Part shown: positions 37,989-50,557 of the stretch, one piece after another
How positions within the stretch are numbered: the first letter of the stretch is position 1
Layout of the letters: the number at the start of each line of letters is the position of its first letter
NCBI GenBank assembly: GCA_002633005.1
Contig: NMRA01000043.1
Coordinates: forward strand, 246,857-310,856
DNA: 64,000 nucleotides
Origin: Phoronis australis
Lineage: Eukaryota; Animalia; Phoronida
Reading direction: 5' to 3'
The notes under the pieces: generated by a model
Told to the model about the DNA's origin: nothing
The model's database searches: none
What the model saw: the letters and a program-made list of their open reading frames with translations, nothing else
Translations under genes and position numbers: made by a program

Positions 37989-38645
37989 AAAAATGTCATA
38001 CCGTGGTTGAGATTTTTGACGGTTTCTGCCAGGCACAATCCAGAGTTTATTTTATCTGCCAGTCATAGGGCATTTAGTGACCTGTGACATGTATTGAATA
38101 TCATGTAATTAGTTTTTAGTGGTACCTCGAATGTATGTGCTAACTCATTTTTGGGGGGTCCTTTTTTGGTTTCTGCCGGACCCATTCCAGAGTGCAATTT
38201 GTCTGTCATGGGTCATTTGGTGTTCAGTGCGATAATATTGTTCGCTTAAAATCAATTTTGGCCGGTGCCCGGGCCTCGAAAATCTAGTCTAGCTCAAATT
38301 TTGATGGCATGCCGTGGTTAAGATGTTTGGGGGGTTCCGCCGGGCACAACCCAAAGTGTATTTTGTCTGTAATAGGGGTTTTAGTGATCTGTGACATGTA
38401 TTGAATCACATGGAGTAGGTTTTTAGTGGTACCTCGAATGTATGTGCTAGCTCATTTTTGGGGGGTCCTTTTTAGGTTTCTGCCGGACCCATTCCAGAGT
38501 GCAGTTTGTCTGTCATGGGTCATTCGGTGTTCAGTGCGGTACTATTGTTCGTTTTAAATCAGTTTTGGTTGGTACCTCGAATATCTAGTCTAGCTCATTT
38601 TTGGGTCCTTTTGTAAGGCCCCCAGGGGTCACACCCAGAGTGCAG
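37989..38645 (-). repeat. Inverted copy of the 18880-19840 satellite-like array (continues from 26780-26874)
   Basis: ggtacctcgaatgtatgtgcta(a/g)ctcatttttgggggg...tttctgccggacccattccagagtgca repeated. Confidence 0.85.
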
Positions 38646-38924
38646 ACAACGGCAGACGTCCATTTCTGTACATACTAAGGTTGACTCTAAATGCTCCCGT
38701 GGTCAGATGTTGGTACCTCGTTCATCTATGCTAAGTGCTCTGGGCTGCCGGTTTATTATTTCGAAGTCCTGAAGTCATCTCCAACTTAACCACAAACGGT
38801 GGAAGGTGTATGGCCACTTTAGATATAAAACCTTCTCCAAAGTTATATTGCATAAAACTCATTTTTATAGTCTGGTGTGAAATTTAATCGCAAAAGAACC
38901 TTTTATATGGAATCTGTGTGTGAA

Positions 38925-39233
38925 CAGTGGCGGATCTAGTATACCATAAGGGGGGCCAACATGTCGCCTCGGGGAATTGGCCCGAAAGTTGCGGTGCGGG
39001 GGCTGGGTATGGGTATGTGAATCTTCTGTGCGGAAAATCTATCGGTGGATTAAAAAAAAAAAACCGGAACGCGATCTGGAGTCCGTGCCGCCCTTTCTCC
39101 GCTGCCGGTCCTAATTACTGATTCAACTCAATATTTTCTCACGCTTCACGCTGTTGTTGTTTCATTTTGCTTGCGCCAGCCAAGAAGGGGGGGGGGGGCG
39201 GGCCCCGTGCCCTCCCCCCTAAATCCGCCTATG
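38925..39233 (+). mobile_element. hAT-like MITE with 5-bp TSD
   Basis: cagtggcggatctag...ctaaatccgcctatg, with GTGAA at 38920-38924 and 39234-39238. Confidence 0.85.
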
Positions 39234-41791
39234 GTGAAGAAGTCATCACATGAGCGACACGTTCTCATATTGACTGAACTTGTGTTCTTGTGCTCACCCT
39301 TCGCCACCCAATTTTGTCCCACCTCTGCGCTGAGTTCATGTGCTCTGAATTACAAATAATAAAGATTATGTGTCCTTTCGCCCGCTTCCAATGACTGTGT
39401 TTCTATATTGTGTAAGATTTCAATTAAAATATCGCTGAATACTGATTAGTTGCCAATTTCAGTGAAGTAAACATGTGAACACGGCCACGTCAACTTTCTT
39501 GAGCAAATAAACCTTCACGTCAGTACGTAAGCTTGCCAATTTTGTCTGTAAGAAGGACACATGAATGCAACATGTAAGCTTACAAGGGCTTTGTACGTAG
39601 GACATGGATTGAAAAATGTCATTACGTCATCATAGATGGAATTTGCTGTAATGATGGCGCGATTTGCTTGGCACTGACACCACGCACCTTAAAAACATCC
39701 CAGCCGAGCCGAAATTTCCTGTTAGACTGTGCGTCATGACACTACCAGGTAATATGATATCTAACCGTAAATTATCATGACTGTTTTATGCGTTACAACC
39801 ACGTGACGTGCAAATGCACAATTTGAAGTGGCTTGTCATTTCCGGGGGAAGACCAAAAATCGTCAACTTCCTGAGATGAAATGTAACACTGAACGCAGAA
39901 CTAAATGACAAACTTCACATGGTACCTGGTGACGATGTGTAAAATCTTGAACTACTGACTGTTTTCTTTGAAAAACTCAACTGAAATTCCCCGCGGAACG
40001 CAATAACAAATAGTCGAGATAACCTACATTTCAAAAGATGCCAAGTCGATGACGAGGTCCTTAGTTTTATAGTTGTTCAGTATAACTTGAGTAAAATATG
40101 GCCAGACCTATAATAGGTTTTATTTTAAAATTGCGAAATCAATCACTTGTGTTGGCACTACACAAACTGTCAAACTAATCCAAGAGTTCACTTCCCAAAC
40201 CTTCGCCGATTTTGTTTGCTTTTATAAATTTTGTTAACAATGTGAAAAACAGCTTGCGTTCGGCCCATTACCAAAGATACTATATAAAGTAACTATAAAA
40301 TCTTTGTCATTACTAATCTTTCCAAAATCGTACTACCCATATGAATTTCCCACACATAACGAGTGTCCGAATAAATAACAAAAACGGTTGCTGCACCACT
40401 TTAGATATCGTCATGAGTATTTGGTAAAATATTTACAGTCTTCCTCGAGCAATAAATTTCATTTTATTGCGTGGTTACTACGCGCCGTGTTTTGTCTTAG
40501 CTTTATATAAGTGTGGTGTTCTGTTTTATTCACACCAGGCTATCACCAGAAAGTTTTAACTTATCGTTTACCGTTTGGAAGAATTTCACAGTTGAACGGC
40601 GAAAAACATGTGGTGTAAAATGGTCATATGCTTTGGTAAGACTCTAAGGCGATGTTGTAAAATTTCGGAAATGCGGTCTCGGAACCCACCGCACAAATTT
40701 TCATTGGTATTAAAAGATCCGATAATGTGTTTGTTGTTTTGGTAGCATACTTTGTACATTGTTCACGGTAATTTATGATGCTCTGTTCTTCAACGTTTGA
40801 TTCGCGGTTCATTGTTATTTGTAGTGACTTGTAGTGATCTTAGGCTATTTATTGACTAACCACGCCGAGCAGGCCCGTAGCCAGGGAGTTCGATCGCGCC
40901 TCCACGCCCCCCCCCCCCCCCCCCNCCCCCCCCGCGGACAGTCCAGCCCCAGCCTATCCGTTAAAGATGGGACACAGGTGGACAACAACAACAAAATTTT
41001 GGCAGCTACCGTTACTTAAAGTTCACTCTCGATTTTTATCAAAGCCAAAAATCTTCTTACTAATGATACTTAAATAGCATAAGAAAGGACAATCTCCTGT
41101 GTTTTCAAAAGTTCACAAATACGCCGTAGATTTTGGGAACTTGGTTGAGTTCCTATTTGGGACTGTTTCGTGCAACCGGACACTGAACTCCGACAGTTCA
41201 TTACTCTAATTGTCTGCTAATGAGTCGGAACTGACATGAATAAAGTATCCCCCATCTGTGTAACTGTTTAAAGGATGTGCAAGAGTTGAATAGTTTCTAA
41301 AACATTGATTACACTGTTTACATATGAGCTCAGTTCCAATCACCGCCGATCGTGATTCTTAAATCGAACTAACGACTCATTCTGAAGCAGGAACAGCATC
41401 TGGGGCACGGGTCCGGGCTGCGGCGATCGATCAACGGCGGTTTTAAATTTGTAAGACTGAATGGGAATCTTTGACTTCGAGATGACTGGCAGGGACAGGG
41501 CAGCCTACTAACTGCATTTAGTTTCGACCATGCCATACGTATGGTTCCAGTGGGTGAGGTTCAGGTGCAGTGGCCCTAAACTTTTCATTCGCGCTATGAA
41601 ATTATGTGATCTTGACATGGATTTGATGAATGTATGGTGTTTGATAATTCATGAATATCCTACTTCATATTTTTCATGGCTTGGAGTTTTCCTCTTTTAA
41701 GAGGATTTCCTCTTTTTTGGATTCAATTTCCTCTCATATGATCTCCAATTTCCTCTTTTTTCATCTCTTTATGAATATTTTGACTTTATTC

Positions 41792-41813
41792 ATGCAAAAA
41801 ACGTTTCTTGCAG
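41792..41813 (+). CDS. Candidate signal-peptide exon of the Kazal inhibitor
   Basis: ATG CAA AAA ACG TTT CTT GCA G|gtaaat is phase 1 and joins the next exon to give MQKTFLAVILYQVAARS. Alternative ATG at 41771. The true first exon may lie elsewhere. Confidence 0.3.
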
Positions 41814-42028
41814 GTAAATTTGACAGCACATAAAGTATTTCTATCTCATATGTCTATTCATTTGTAGAAAATTACATCACCTGGAAAATTTTCCTATTTT
41901 CGTCACGGGTCATTCTAAGCCCTGATTCTTTTAAAAACGAAAGTACATACTAAGTTTTACAGTTTTCGTAAGACATGCGAGCAATTTCGCGTGTGTATGC
42001 AATTTAAGCAAAGCGCTTGAGCACCCGA

Positions 42029-42105
42029 CATGGGCGGTGCAGCAATGAAAACAGTGGGGGCCTCTAGCCCCCCCCCCAGGTCCTAGTTATGGTGCGCCAC
42101 CTATG
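42029..42105. mobile_element. 77-bp hAT-like mini-MITE with 5-bp TSD
   Basis: catgggcggtgca...tgcgccacctatg, with CCCGA at 42024-42028 and 42106-42110. Confidence 0.75.
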
Positions 42106-42541
42106 CCCGAGCGGTTTAGGTACATGACTCAGTGCATCTGATAACCGAAGCATCGTTTATTTTTGCATGTAAAAGTATAAAAATCACACTAGAGCCCGAA
42201 ATAATTTTGAAGTTGTGAACCTTAGGCCGTAATAAACCTTCGAAGAAGTAAACATTCGGAATAGTGAACCTTCGGAGTGAAAGTTTGGAATAGTCGACCT
42301 TCGGAGTAGTGGGCTGTCCAGTGATGTAAGCAACTTAAGTAACATTCAAAGGCCTTACTGAAAACTCCTCAGTGTCGACGTTTTCAAAATATCAAAGGTC
42401 TACCGTTCTAGAAATTCGAACCAATTAAGCTCCGGGCTTGTTGAGTAAACCTGCACTCAAACGACTGATTGGAACAACCTGCCTGATATACAGAGTGAGC
42501 GCTTGAAATCAGTGATTGTAAGTCGTTAATATTTATTTCAG

Positions 42542-42640
42542 TTATCCTCTACCAGGTGGCAGCCAGGTCTGCAGAAGACTGCAATCGAGCTTGCCAGATG
42601 ATTCTGCGTCCAGTTTGCGGAAGTGACGGTGTAACATATC
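42542..42640 (+). CDS. Kazal-type serine protease inhibitor, exon (end of signal peptide + first half of domain 1)
   Basis: tttcag|...|gtacgt, phase 1-1; ILYQVAARSAEDCNRACQMILRPVCGSDGVTY. Confidence 0.9.
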
Positions 42641-44412
42641 GTACGTCCATTTTGCATTGGCTTCGATTTGATAAAAGCATTGACAATTACTGGAACACTT
42701 TATTGAACAAATAGCAATAGAAAGATATTTTTTCGGCAGTAACATAGCTGCGCTTAGCAGTCTGAGACCTAACACTGAGGGATCTAGGATGTCACCATAG
42801 AGGCGACAACCTTTGATGTGCTCCTGTCGGTAACTTTTTTGGCTTCTTCAACCCTATACTTCTTGAACTAGATTTGTAGTGTAATTTTCAACGTTTTGTG
42901 CCCGTTTCAGCGGATATGGAGATTATTTATTAATCTGGATTAGATCATAGCCAGTCGTGATAGTATTGTGAGGTAAAGAGTCGGTTTGATCAGCAAGGGT
43001 AGCACATCCAATTTTTTTCCGTATATGCGCGTATGTGGCTACATTCGAAGCTGTGCAGTGCTGTAGTTGGGCGTAGGCGCACGTAAGCGCAGCCAACCAC
43101 CTTTTGGCATTTAAACTTAACACCTACGCACTATAAGTTACGTTACTGTAACAGTACTAATTCAGTGGAATTTCAAAATTCCGTGCTCAAGGTGATACCG
43201 TGGGCATTGAGCGCCTACTTACCTCTAATTTTACCACTACAGCACTGAAGCTGTGCCTATATTGAGAATTACGCACACCCGCCTGAACATGAAGCATTTG
43301 ATTAAAATCATGCTTGGAGTAAGTTCCGCATTTATGGGCGCATCCCATTTGTTTGTTTCAGCCTCTTGGTATACGCCTGTACAAAAGACACCTGCTTGCA
43401 CTTACATGCATAAGCAAAACTTAGGCACATGTTCCTGTAAGCGAAACACTCGAGTGAACAATTTTCTTAGAACAAAATTATTTCGGGTATAAGCGTGTGG
43501 GCAAAAACACGCGCACAGTGACAACCACAACAATTGCGGCCGGTATAATCTATACGAAGGAATAACAGCTTTGACCAGCTAACGTTATTAAAGTTGACAA
43601 CTGCCGACCTTCACGATATGGGTCCTTTACGGCTGCTTTACATGTCACCGTTATCTTCTGCTATCATGGCGCATAACTTAACCATAAAGATAAAGAATCA
43701 TCAAATGTGATTCCAGATTTTTAAATTTGACAGTGCTTCGTACTTCATACCTGGACACCTGGCAATGTTTTTAGAGACTTAGCGAAGTGCAACTATACTA
43801 TCGTGGAACACCCTGTTACTCATGATTGTCTCCTAATTACAGTATAACGCGTATTTAGACCTCCACTCCTGACGTTAAGCTGCACTCATATCCTGAGTTA
43901 GGCGCACGCGAAAAACACTTGAGCGAACCAAGGGGCAAGTTTTTTAGAATAGCGAGTTAGTAAAGCTTGTCTTCCTCGTTACAAAACGGTAGATGTTGAC
44001 GTGTTTTCAATTTCGCGTTAACTATTTTTAAGTTTAAAGTCCCATTTCATCACAGAAATGGCTGATCTTCTCAGACTTTCCGATACGGCACTATTAGCAA
44101 TAGTTTTTATGAGACCCGATTAGTGTCAGATTTCTACTTTAAAAAATATATACTTTTACGGTGTTAATAGTTTTAGAGTTTTGGATAAATGCACGGACTT
44201 GTCTTACATAACTTAAAAAATAAAACTAGGCCTGCTATGAATAGACAAAAGGCACCCGTATGCGACTATGTGCTGAACACAGAAGTATTTTTTGAAAAAG
44301 GCATTGTTTCTGATATAGAGGCATGTGACTAAATACGCGCAAATATAAATACAGGTTATTTCTGAATCCTGCTCCACAAGTAATCAAAAAGTAAAAAATT
44401 GTGACGTTTTAG

Positions 44413-44580
44413 CTAACCAGTGTCATTTGGACGTTGCCATATGCCAAGACGATCTTGAGGGAAGAAAACTGTGGAAGGAAGCCGATGGTGCTTGCAAGGT
44501 TAATAAAGAGACTATCGTCTGCAAGAGCAAATGTCCTAAAATTTACCTTCCAGTTTGCGGCTCCGATGGTAAAACTTACG
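44413..44580 (+). CDS. Kazal inhibitor exon (domain 1/2)
   Basis: ttttag|...|gtaagt, phase 1-1; PNQCHLDVAICQDDLEGRKLWKEADGACKVNKETIVCKSKCPKIYLPVCGSDGKTY. Confidence 0.92.
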
Positions 44581-44944
44581 GTAAGTCAATGGGAATACTT
44601 TGCATACATATTTTTCCTTTTAATGCTTTTAAGCATTTTAAAAAATGAATGCTTTCTTATGCGCCCACGTGGCTGAGTATTGTCACCCTCTCTGTTAAAG
44701 CATCTCGCACGCCCTCTGTCGCCCTCCCTATTATTTCCCTCAGGGCTAATTTGCATGAAAGTAAGCAGTTGCCAATTTTCATAAAGAGCAAGATACCAAT
44801 ACTCAATGCAGTGTTCTCTAGCGGCAAATTCATTTTGTCCCTGCCTTTACTACTTCCGTGTACCATGTATTATTTTTTTGGTTCTTGTTTATGTAAACGT
44901 TAGGCCATCTGTAATTAGTGTACTACAACTTTAATTTCTACCAG

Positions 44945-45127
44945 CCAATGACTGCGTCCTTGAGGAGGCCGTATGCGAGGCAGATCTGAAAGGGTTCAAA
45001 CTGAGCAAAGACTATGACGGCCCATGTAAAGGCGAAGTGCAGGCGACAAAACGGGAGCAGACTAGTTGTAAGAAGCCATGTCCCAGACATTACCTACCCG
45101 TGTGCGGCACCGACGGAGTGGAATACG
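44945..45127 (+). CDS. Kazal inhibitor exon (domain 2/3)
   Basis: ctaccag|...|gtgagt; ANDCVLEEAVCEADLKGFKLSKDYDGPCKGEVQATKREQTSCKKPCPRHYLPVCGTDGVEY. Confidence 0.92.
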
Positions 45128-45583
45128 GTGAGTACAGTTTCTCTTGAGGCTACATACAGGTTTATTTCGAAAATCTTTGTGCCGTTTAACATCGACACAT
45201 ATTATTGTCGACCGGACGGACAGAATGTATCGGGTGCTACAACGTGCAGCGAATATCCACAAATTTTTAATTGCTCCCAACACCTGTCATGAATGGTAGT
45301 CTGTCTATCAAGTTTTTAGCACATAGGCGGATCCGTCCTAGCAAATAATTAAAGAGAGCCCTCGCAAAACGAATTTGTAGGAAGTTGAACAGAAATTAAG
45401 AATCGGAAGACGGTTCAAGATAGTGATAATAACATTGGATGACTTGGGATACTGTGATACGTGCTTTATTCCTTTCCACTTTTGATGGTCCTCCTTTTCT
45501 CGCACTCCGACGCCCTATCACATCCATCTCATACTATACCAGGATAGACTTCAGTCAAAGTTTGAAATTGCCCATACCTTCAG

Positions 45584-46009
45584 GGGCCCGGTTGTATGAA
45601 ACAGTCCCAAATAGGGACTCGACTAAGTTTCCTAAATCCTCTGCGTATTTTTGGACTTATGAAAACATCGATTGTCCTTTCTTGTATTGTTTTAGTTTCA
45701 TTAAAAAGTCAACTTTTGACTTTGATGCAAATCTAGAGTGAACTTTACGTTGAATTGTCAATATTATCGGAAATAATTAGGCATCTTTTCATGCAAAACC
45801 CCAATTTAAGGACTGAGTTCCTTTTTATTTTCAATTAACTCTGGGCTCAGTTTTTAGTAATATTATTAGAAAATGTCATTCAGAGAGGAGCTAATAATAA
45901 AGCTGAAACCATAGAACTGCATCTGTGTCTCCATAAAGACACCTATACGCAAAAAGACTTAGGGACCTTAGTTCAGTCCTTATTTGAGGCTGTTTCATGC
46001 AAGCGGCCA
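45584..46009. mobile_element. PIF/Harbinger-like MITE
   Basis: Imperfect TIRs ggcccggttgtatgaaacagtcccaaatagggact / agtccttatttgaggctgtttcatgcaagcggcc, with CAG and CTG flanks. A solo end of the same family lies at ~41145-41185. Confidence 0.7.
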
Positions 46010-46358
46010 CTGGGATCCTTTTAGAGACAGGTGCTACTGATTAAGCCACACGGCCTCAAGTCTGTGGGCCAATTTGGAAGATTACTAGGCCATGTTAGCT
46101 TTTTCTGCTTTTTGCTATTCCAGTTTTAATGGGCCCGTTGGACCGAGTTAAGCAATCACAGCACGTCAATGAAATTATTTCATCCGGGTGACAATATGTG
46201 TCGAGTGCGAAGAGACTGTTTCACACTTCGGGCGTCGTAGCCTGAACCCTCGGAAGTGTTTCACATCTGTGCACTTGCTTCAGTTATTGTGGAACAAAGC
46301 GCTTGCGACTCTCAAAATAGAGATCGCGCTTGGATAGCTCTATAATAACACACTTTAA

Positions 46359-47137
46359 GGAGAAGACAACAATTTTTGCTGTCATTTTGGTTAAATTCCG
46401 ATTTTCTGGGTATTCTAGATAAATTGATTAAATTGCTCCCCGGTTCTAGTTAATTGTGTATGCCCCTGCACCCCGGGGCCTAGCGCACGGGCCAAGTCAT
46501 TCCCCATCTGCATTTACACGCACTTAATTCGGACTGTTTGACATCAGACTTGTTCGTCAACAAGTTCGAGCGTTATTTGCCACAAGTCGCATTCTAGTTT
46601 GCTGCGAACCAGGCTCTTGAGCTCTCGAAATAATGATTAGACCCGCCGAAGTTTGTTCGTTCGTGTCGAGAATGTTGCGTACCAGAGCTAGGTTATGAAG
46701 CCTGGGACTTGCTAAACATGTTCTGAAGAAGGATGTCTTACCGTCGGTCGGTGCTTCCATTGTCTCCTCCATCGAAACCCAAACTCTCGCGAAGCCGAGT
46801 CACTTCAAGGCCACGGAGTGAAAAGTAACCGCTGCGTCTAAAGTCAACAACCAGCACAGCTGCACTATTTTCGTGGTTCGGGTCGCCGAATCCTTCCATT
46901 TCCTGTCCACGTCAGATCACACGTTGGCTAACTCCCAAGCGAACTAGTTCAATCTACGATAGTCCGAACTTACTCGTCCAAGGTGAATAATTACGGTGAC
47001 CGTTGCGAACGTCACTTCGAAAGACGCATGTGTTCTTAATTAGAACACGTGGTATTTTAATTAACTTTGGCATTTATCTAGAATAAATAGAAAATAACAA
47101 TTTAGTCAAAATTGACAACAAAAACGATTACCTTCCT
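46359..47137 (+). mobile_element. Decayed Kolobok-like element with THAP remnant
   Basis: TTAA on the left. ~85-bp diverged TIRs resembling the 1438-3126 TIR (tgtcatttt...tat(t/c)ctaga). Internal VCCEPG and VLKKDVLPSV fragments. Confidence 0.6.
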
Positions 47138-47727
47138 TTCTAGCAAGGGTTAACTGTAAGCCTACGCTAGGAAGCAGACGGTGACTGAGAATGGTGTCGC
47201 CAACCGTTTTTTGAGACCTGCTAGACAATGGTGTCTTGACCATTCCCCTTTGCAGTAACAAATGAAGTGTACACATAAGTTTTACTATGAAACACCTCCG
47301 AGAGGTAATTTAGGCAACGAAAATTCACAAGGTGTTCAGGATGGACAACATCTCATCTTCAAACTGGAATACCGCATTTTTTTAAAATACATTCACAACC
47401 GATTGGAAAACTCTTATTAATAGACTCTAGAATCGACGCATAAAACATTAATCAATAATAGAGGTTTACACTTCGTAGGATCCTTCGATGCTGGTGACGT
47501 CAAACTAAGATTGCTTCACAACGCTAAGTCATGGCCCACAACAAACATAGTTAGGTAACTAGCAACGTTTCCCCGGGGCCATTTAAGACCAACAGGAAAT
47601 AGAATTTCGCTTTTCTTCAATGATCGAAGGCTGATAAACACGTCACCGCTAGCAATGATACATGTCGTATAACACACACACACGCACACACACGATTTAA
47701 CTCCTAATTTGCTACTAAGAGACCTAC

Positions 47728-48393
47728 TTATTTATGGTCCACAGCGTTTGCGCGCGAAACCTCCTTCTTTTCGTAATGCTTATTACATGTTTTATATTTT
47801 TTGAAACAGTTCGGAACAAATTTGTTGTATTTAAAATAGTCTTCGATTGCCCAAAAGACCAAATCCGTTTTTTGATTTAGCAAAAATGACGTGATTGCTT
47901 TGGAAATCGTCTTAAGTTAAGGTTTGACAAAGAGAGAAATATGAGTTTCTGAGTGATTCACTAAGGCTTCGATTAAAATTGACATCTTAGCAGCAGCTTC
48001 TGTTTTTCATCATCACTCAGATTCCATTTTCTTTAAGAAATGAAAGCAATTTTCTTCATTGCACAGTGGAGCAGACGACGGAAACGGAGTTGTAGTGCCC
48101 AGCGCCACTGCCGGTTGCCTGGGATATCGCTGGAGAGCCTACACTTAGCCATAGTTCCGTTACGATTGCGCCGTGTTCCGAATTTGACACTTGAAATTGC
48201 CCCCCCCCCCCCCCNNNNNNNNNNNNNNNNNNNNNNNNNNNNNNNNNNNNNNNNATTTAAATCTTGTTTCAGTCGTATAATTTTTATTACCGGGGTTAAA
48301 CTCAACATTTCCCTACGCGTTTGCTGTTTTATTTTTTTTTCGGCAGCCAAAGGGGGGGGGGCGGGCCCCCTGCCCCCCCTAAATCCGCCTATG
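47728..48393 (+). mobile_element. hAT-like element, right part
   Basis: Homologous to 17700-18169. Ends ggggcgggcccc...ctaaatccgcctatg as at 39233. Confidence 0.75.
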
Positions 48394-49507
48394 GATTTCG
48401 ACCATAGTACCGCTATAAATTTTATCTCAACTTGTTCCCGTACTTGAGAAGTAACTTTTGGGTTTTCGAAGAAATGATTTGGTTTTTTAGACCATGCTGG
48501 GCACATAAAATGACACGCCGTCACAATTAATGTTAAGCGCTAACGAACAGTTCTTTCGAAACCATCCACTGGTGGGACGTTCAGTTTGACTAAAGAACAA
48601 TTTAAGATCAGTTTTATAGGAGTAAGGAGTTTAAATTTTTTGTGTGTGTTGGAAGCTGCTTTGACAATCATTCAAGGTTATTTTTATATTTATCGTCGTC
48701 ATGTTTGTGAGCGTACAGAATTTGTTTTTTCTGTTTGGGGGACCAGGCCGAATTTCTTTGTATACGGTCAGGCTAGCTGCTATAACATAGTCGCCCACGT
48801 GCGCGACGCCCGTATTGAAAGGTAGACAAGCAAGCAACGGGCAAACACCAGCACGATAGTTTACTGTACTCATTCATCTTTATGTCTTATTTGAAGTAGT
48901 TGTATAATACTTAGGTAGCAGTCTGAAGATTTATTCCTTTGAGTTATTCTTTGCTATTGAATATTGACGGTAATAAATGACCAGGCGGCAGAACAACACG
49001 ACACTGAAGGGTCGGTCAAGAGTTATCCAAATAACGTAAAAAGTGAAGTGGTTTTGATTCTTCAAGACAAAAAGAGACTGATGCGCATCATGTTAGCATT
49101 TCAATTGATAAAACAAAATTTTGATAAATGTATCTGATGTCCATCAAGAGAGGGTGCTGTATTCTTGTCTTTTTCAAAAGACAAAAGAACGAAATGACCA
49201 TTTTGAAGGTTTTTCAAAAGCTACTTCGTTATGCTAACGTGCACAATTGATAGGTCCACTTAGTCACTGGAACTATAAGTCCGTGTCCCGTTACATCTTA
49301 AAGTGGCGCTTACCAAAAAGAATCCTGAATAAAACATTACAGATGAATATTTCGTATTATAACATAAAAATATTTCAGAATAACGTTTTTATTAAGGAAT
49401 CTTGTTTTTGGTAAAAAAAGAAAGTTTCTCTTTAAGATGGGGCACGCTTCGAATCAATAAAAATGTCCAAATAAGAATGGGGTTGGCGTTCTTATACATA
49501 TGGTGCA

Positions 49508-49727
49508 TAGTTTATTACATAATAGGGAGGACAGTTTATTACACAATAAGGAGGACAGTTTATTACACAATAAGGAGGACAGTTTATTACACAATAGGGA
49601 GGACAGTTTATTACACAATAGGGAGGACAGTTGATTACACAATAAGGAGGACAGTTTATTACACAATAAGGAGGACAGTGTATTACACAATAGGGAGGAC
49701 AGTTTATTACACAGTAGGGATGACAGT
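49508..49727. repeat. 24-bp minisatellite, ~9 copies
   Basis: agtttattacacaata(a/g)ggaggac tandem. Confidence 0.95.
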
Positions 49728-49819
49728 TGGTTCGTGACATAACACTTCTGTAAACCTTCCATCCGTCAAAAACTAGCTTTTGATTCAAAATGGCCTCAAT
49801 TTATCCCCTTTTTAAAACA

Positions 49820-50158
49820 GAGATGTCTGGGTTTGGATAGTGTCAGTACATTATGACTGTTTGAGATGTCTGTGTTTGGATAGTGTCATTACGTTATGAC
49901 TGTTTGAGATGTCTGTGTTTGGATAGTGTCATTACGTTATGACTGTTCGAGATGTCTGTGTTTGGATAGTGTCATTACGTTATGACTGTTCGAGATGTCT
50001 GTGTTTGGATAGTGTCATTACGTTATGACTTTGAGATGTCTGTGTTTGGATAGTGTCATTACGTTATGACTTTGAGATGTCTGTGTTTGGATAGTGTCAT
50101 TACGTTATGACTTTGAGATGTCTGGGTTTGGATAGTGTCAGTACGTTATGACTGTTTG
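49820..50158. repeat. 40-43 bp minisatellite, 8 copies
   Basis: gagatgtctgtgtttggatagtgtcattacgttatgact(gtt)t tandem. Confidence 0.95.
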
Positions 50159-50422
50159 ATGAGCATGCTCTGTAATAACCGACTTGCTGAGCCTTGCGTG
50201 CGGTCAGTAACGCTAGGACCTATGCTAGGACCTAGCTAAAATCTAGTAAAAGTCACGTGCTTTCCTTTAAAATACAATTTGCTCCTTGGTGTGCATAGTG
50301 TTGTTCACCTACGATATTCGCGCACTCCCATCCTCAGCCCAGGCGCGACTTACAGACATCCTCATTTTGTTTTTACATGCAAATTGAAAATATCAGCTCC
50401 AATTAGAAATAAATATTTTCAG

Positions 50423-50557
50423 CTAACCAATGCCTACTGGAAATTGCCATTTGTGAATCCAAAGACGGCTTAAAGCTGGACTACGAGGGTAAATGTTGTC
50501 CTCTCATGTGCCCGTTTAGCTACATCCCCGTGTGTGGCACCGACGGCGTCACTTACT
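50423..50557 (+). CDS. Kazal inhibitor exon (domain 3/4)
   Basis: ttttcag|...|gtgagt; ANQCLLEIAICESKDGLKLDYEGKCCPLMCPFSYIPVCGTDGVTY. Confidence 0.92.

Noticed and set aside
42105-42140. tRNA/SINE A-box-like gcccgagcggtttagg (and B-box-like ggttcgatcc near 52888)
   Set aside because: No matching partner box or cloverleaf at the right spacing.
43289-43318. MKHLIKIMLG|gtaagt as first exon of the Kazal gene
   Set aside because: Phase 0, and downstream of the exon at 42542 that already carries the signal-peptide end and domain 1.
49402-49788. Cys-rich (CPPYCVIN)n and related ORFs
   Set aside because: By-products of the 24-bp minisatellite inside a Kazal intron.
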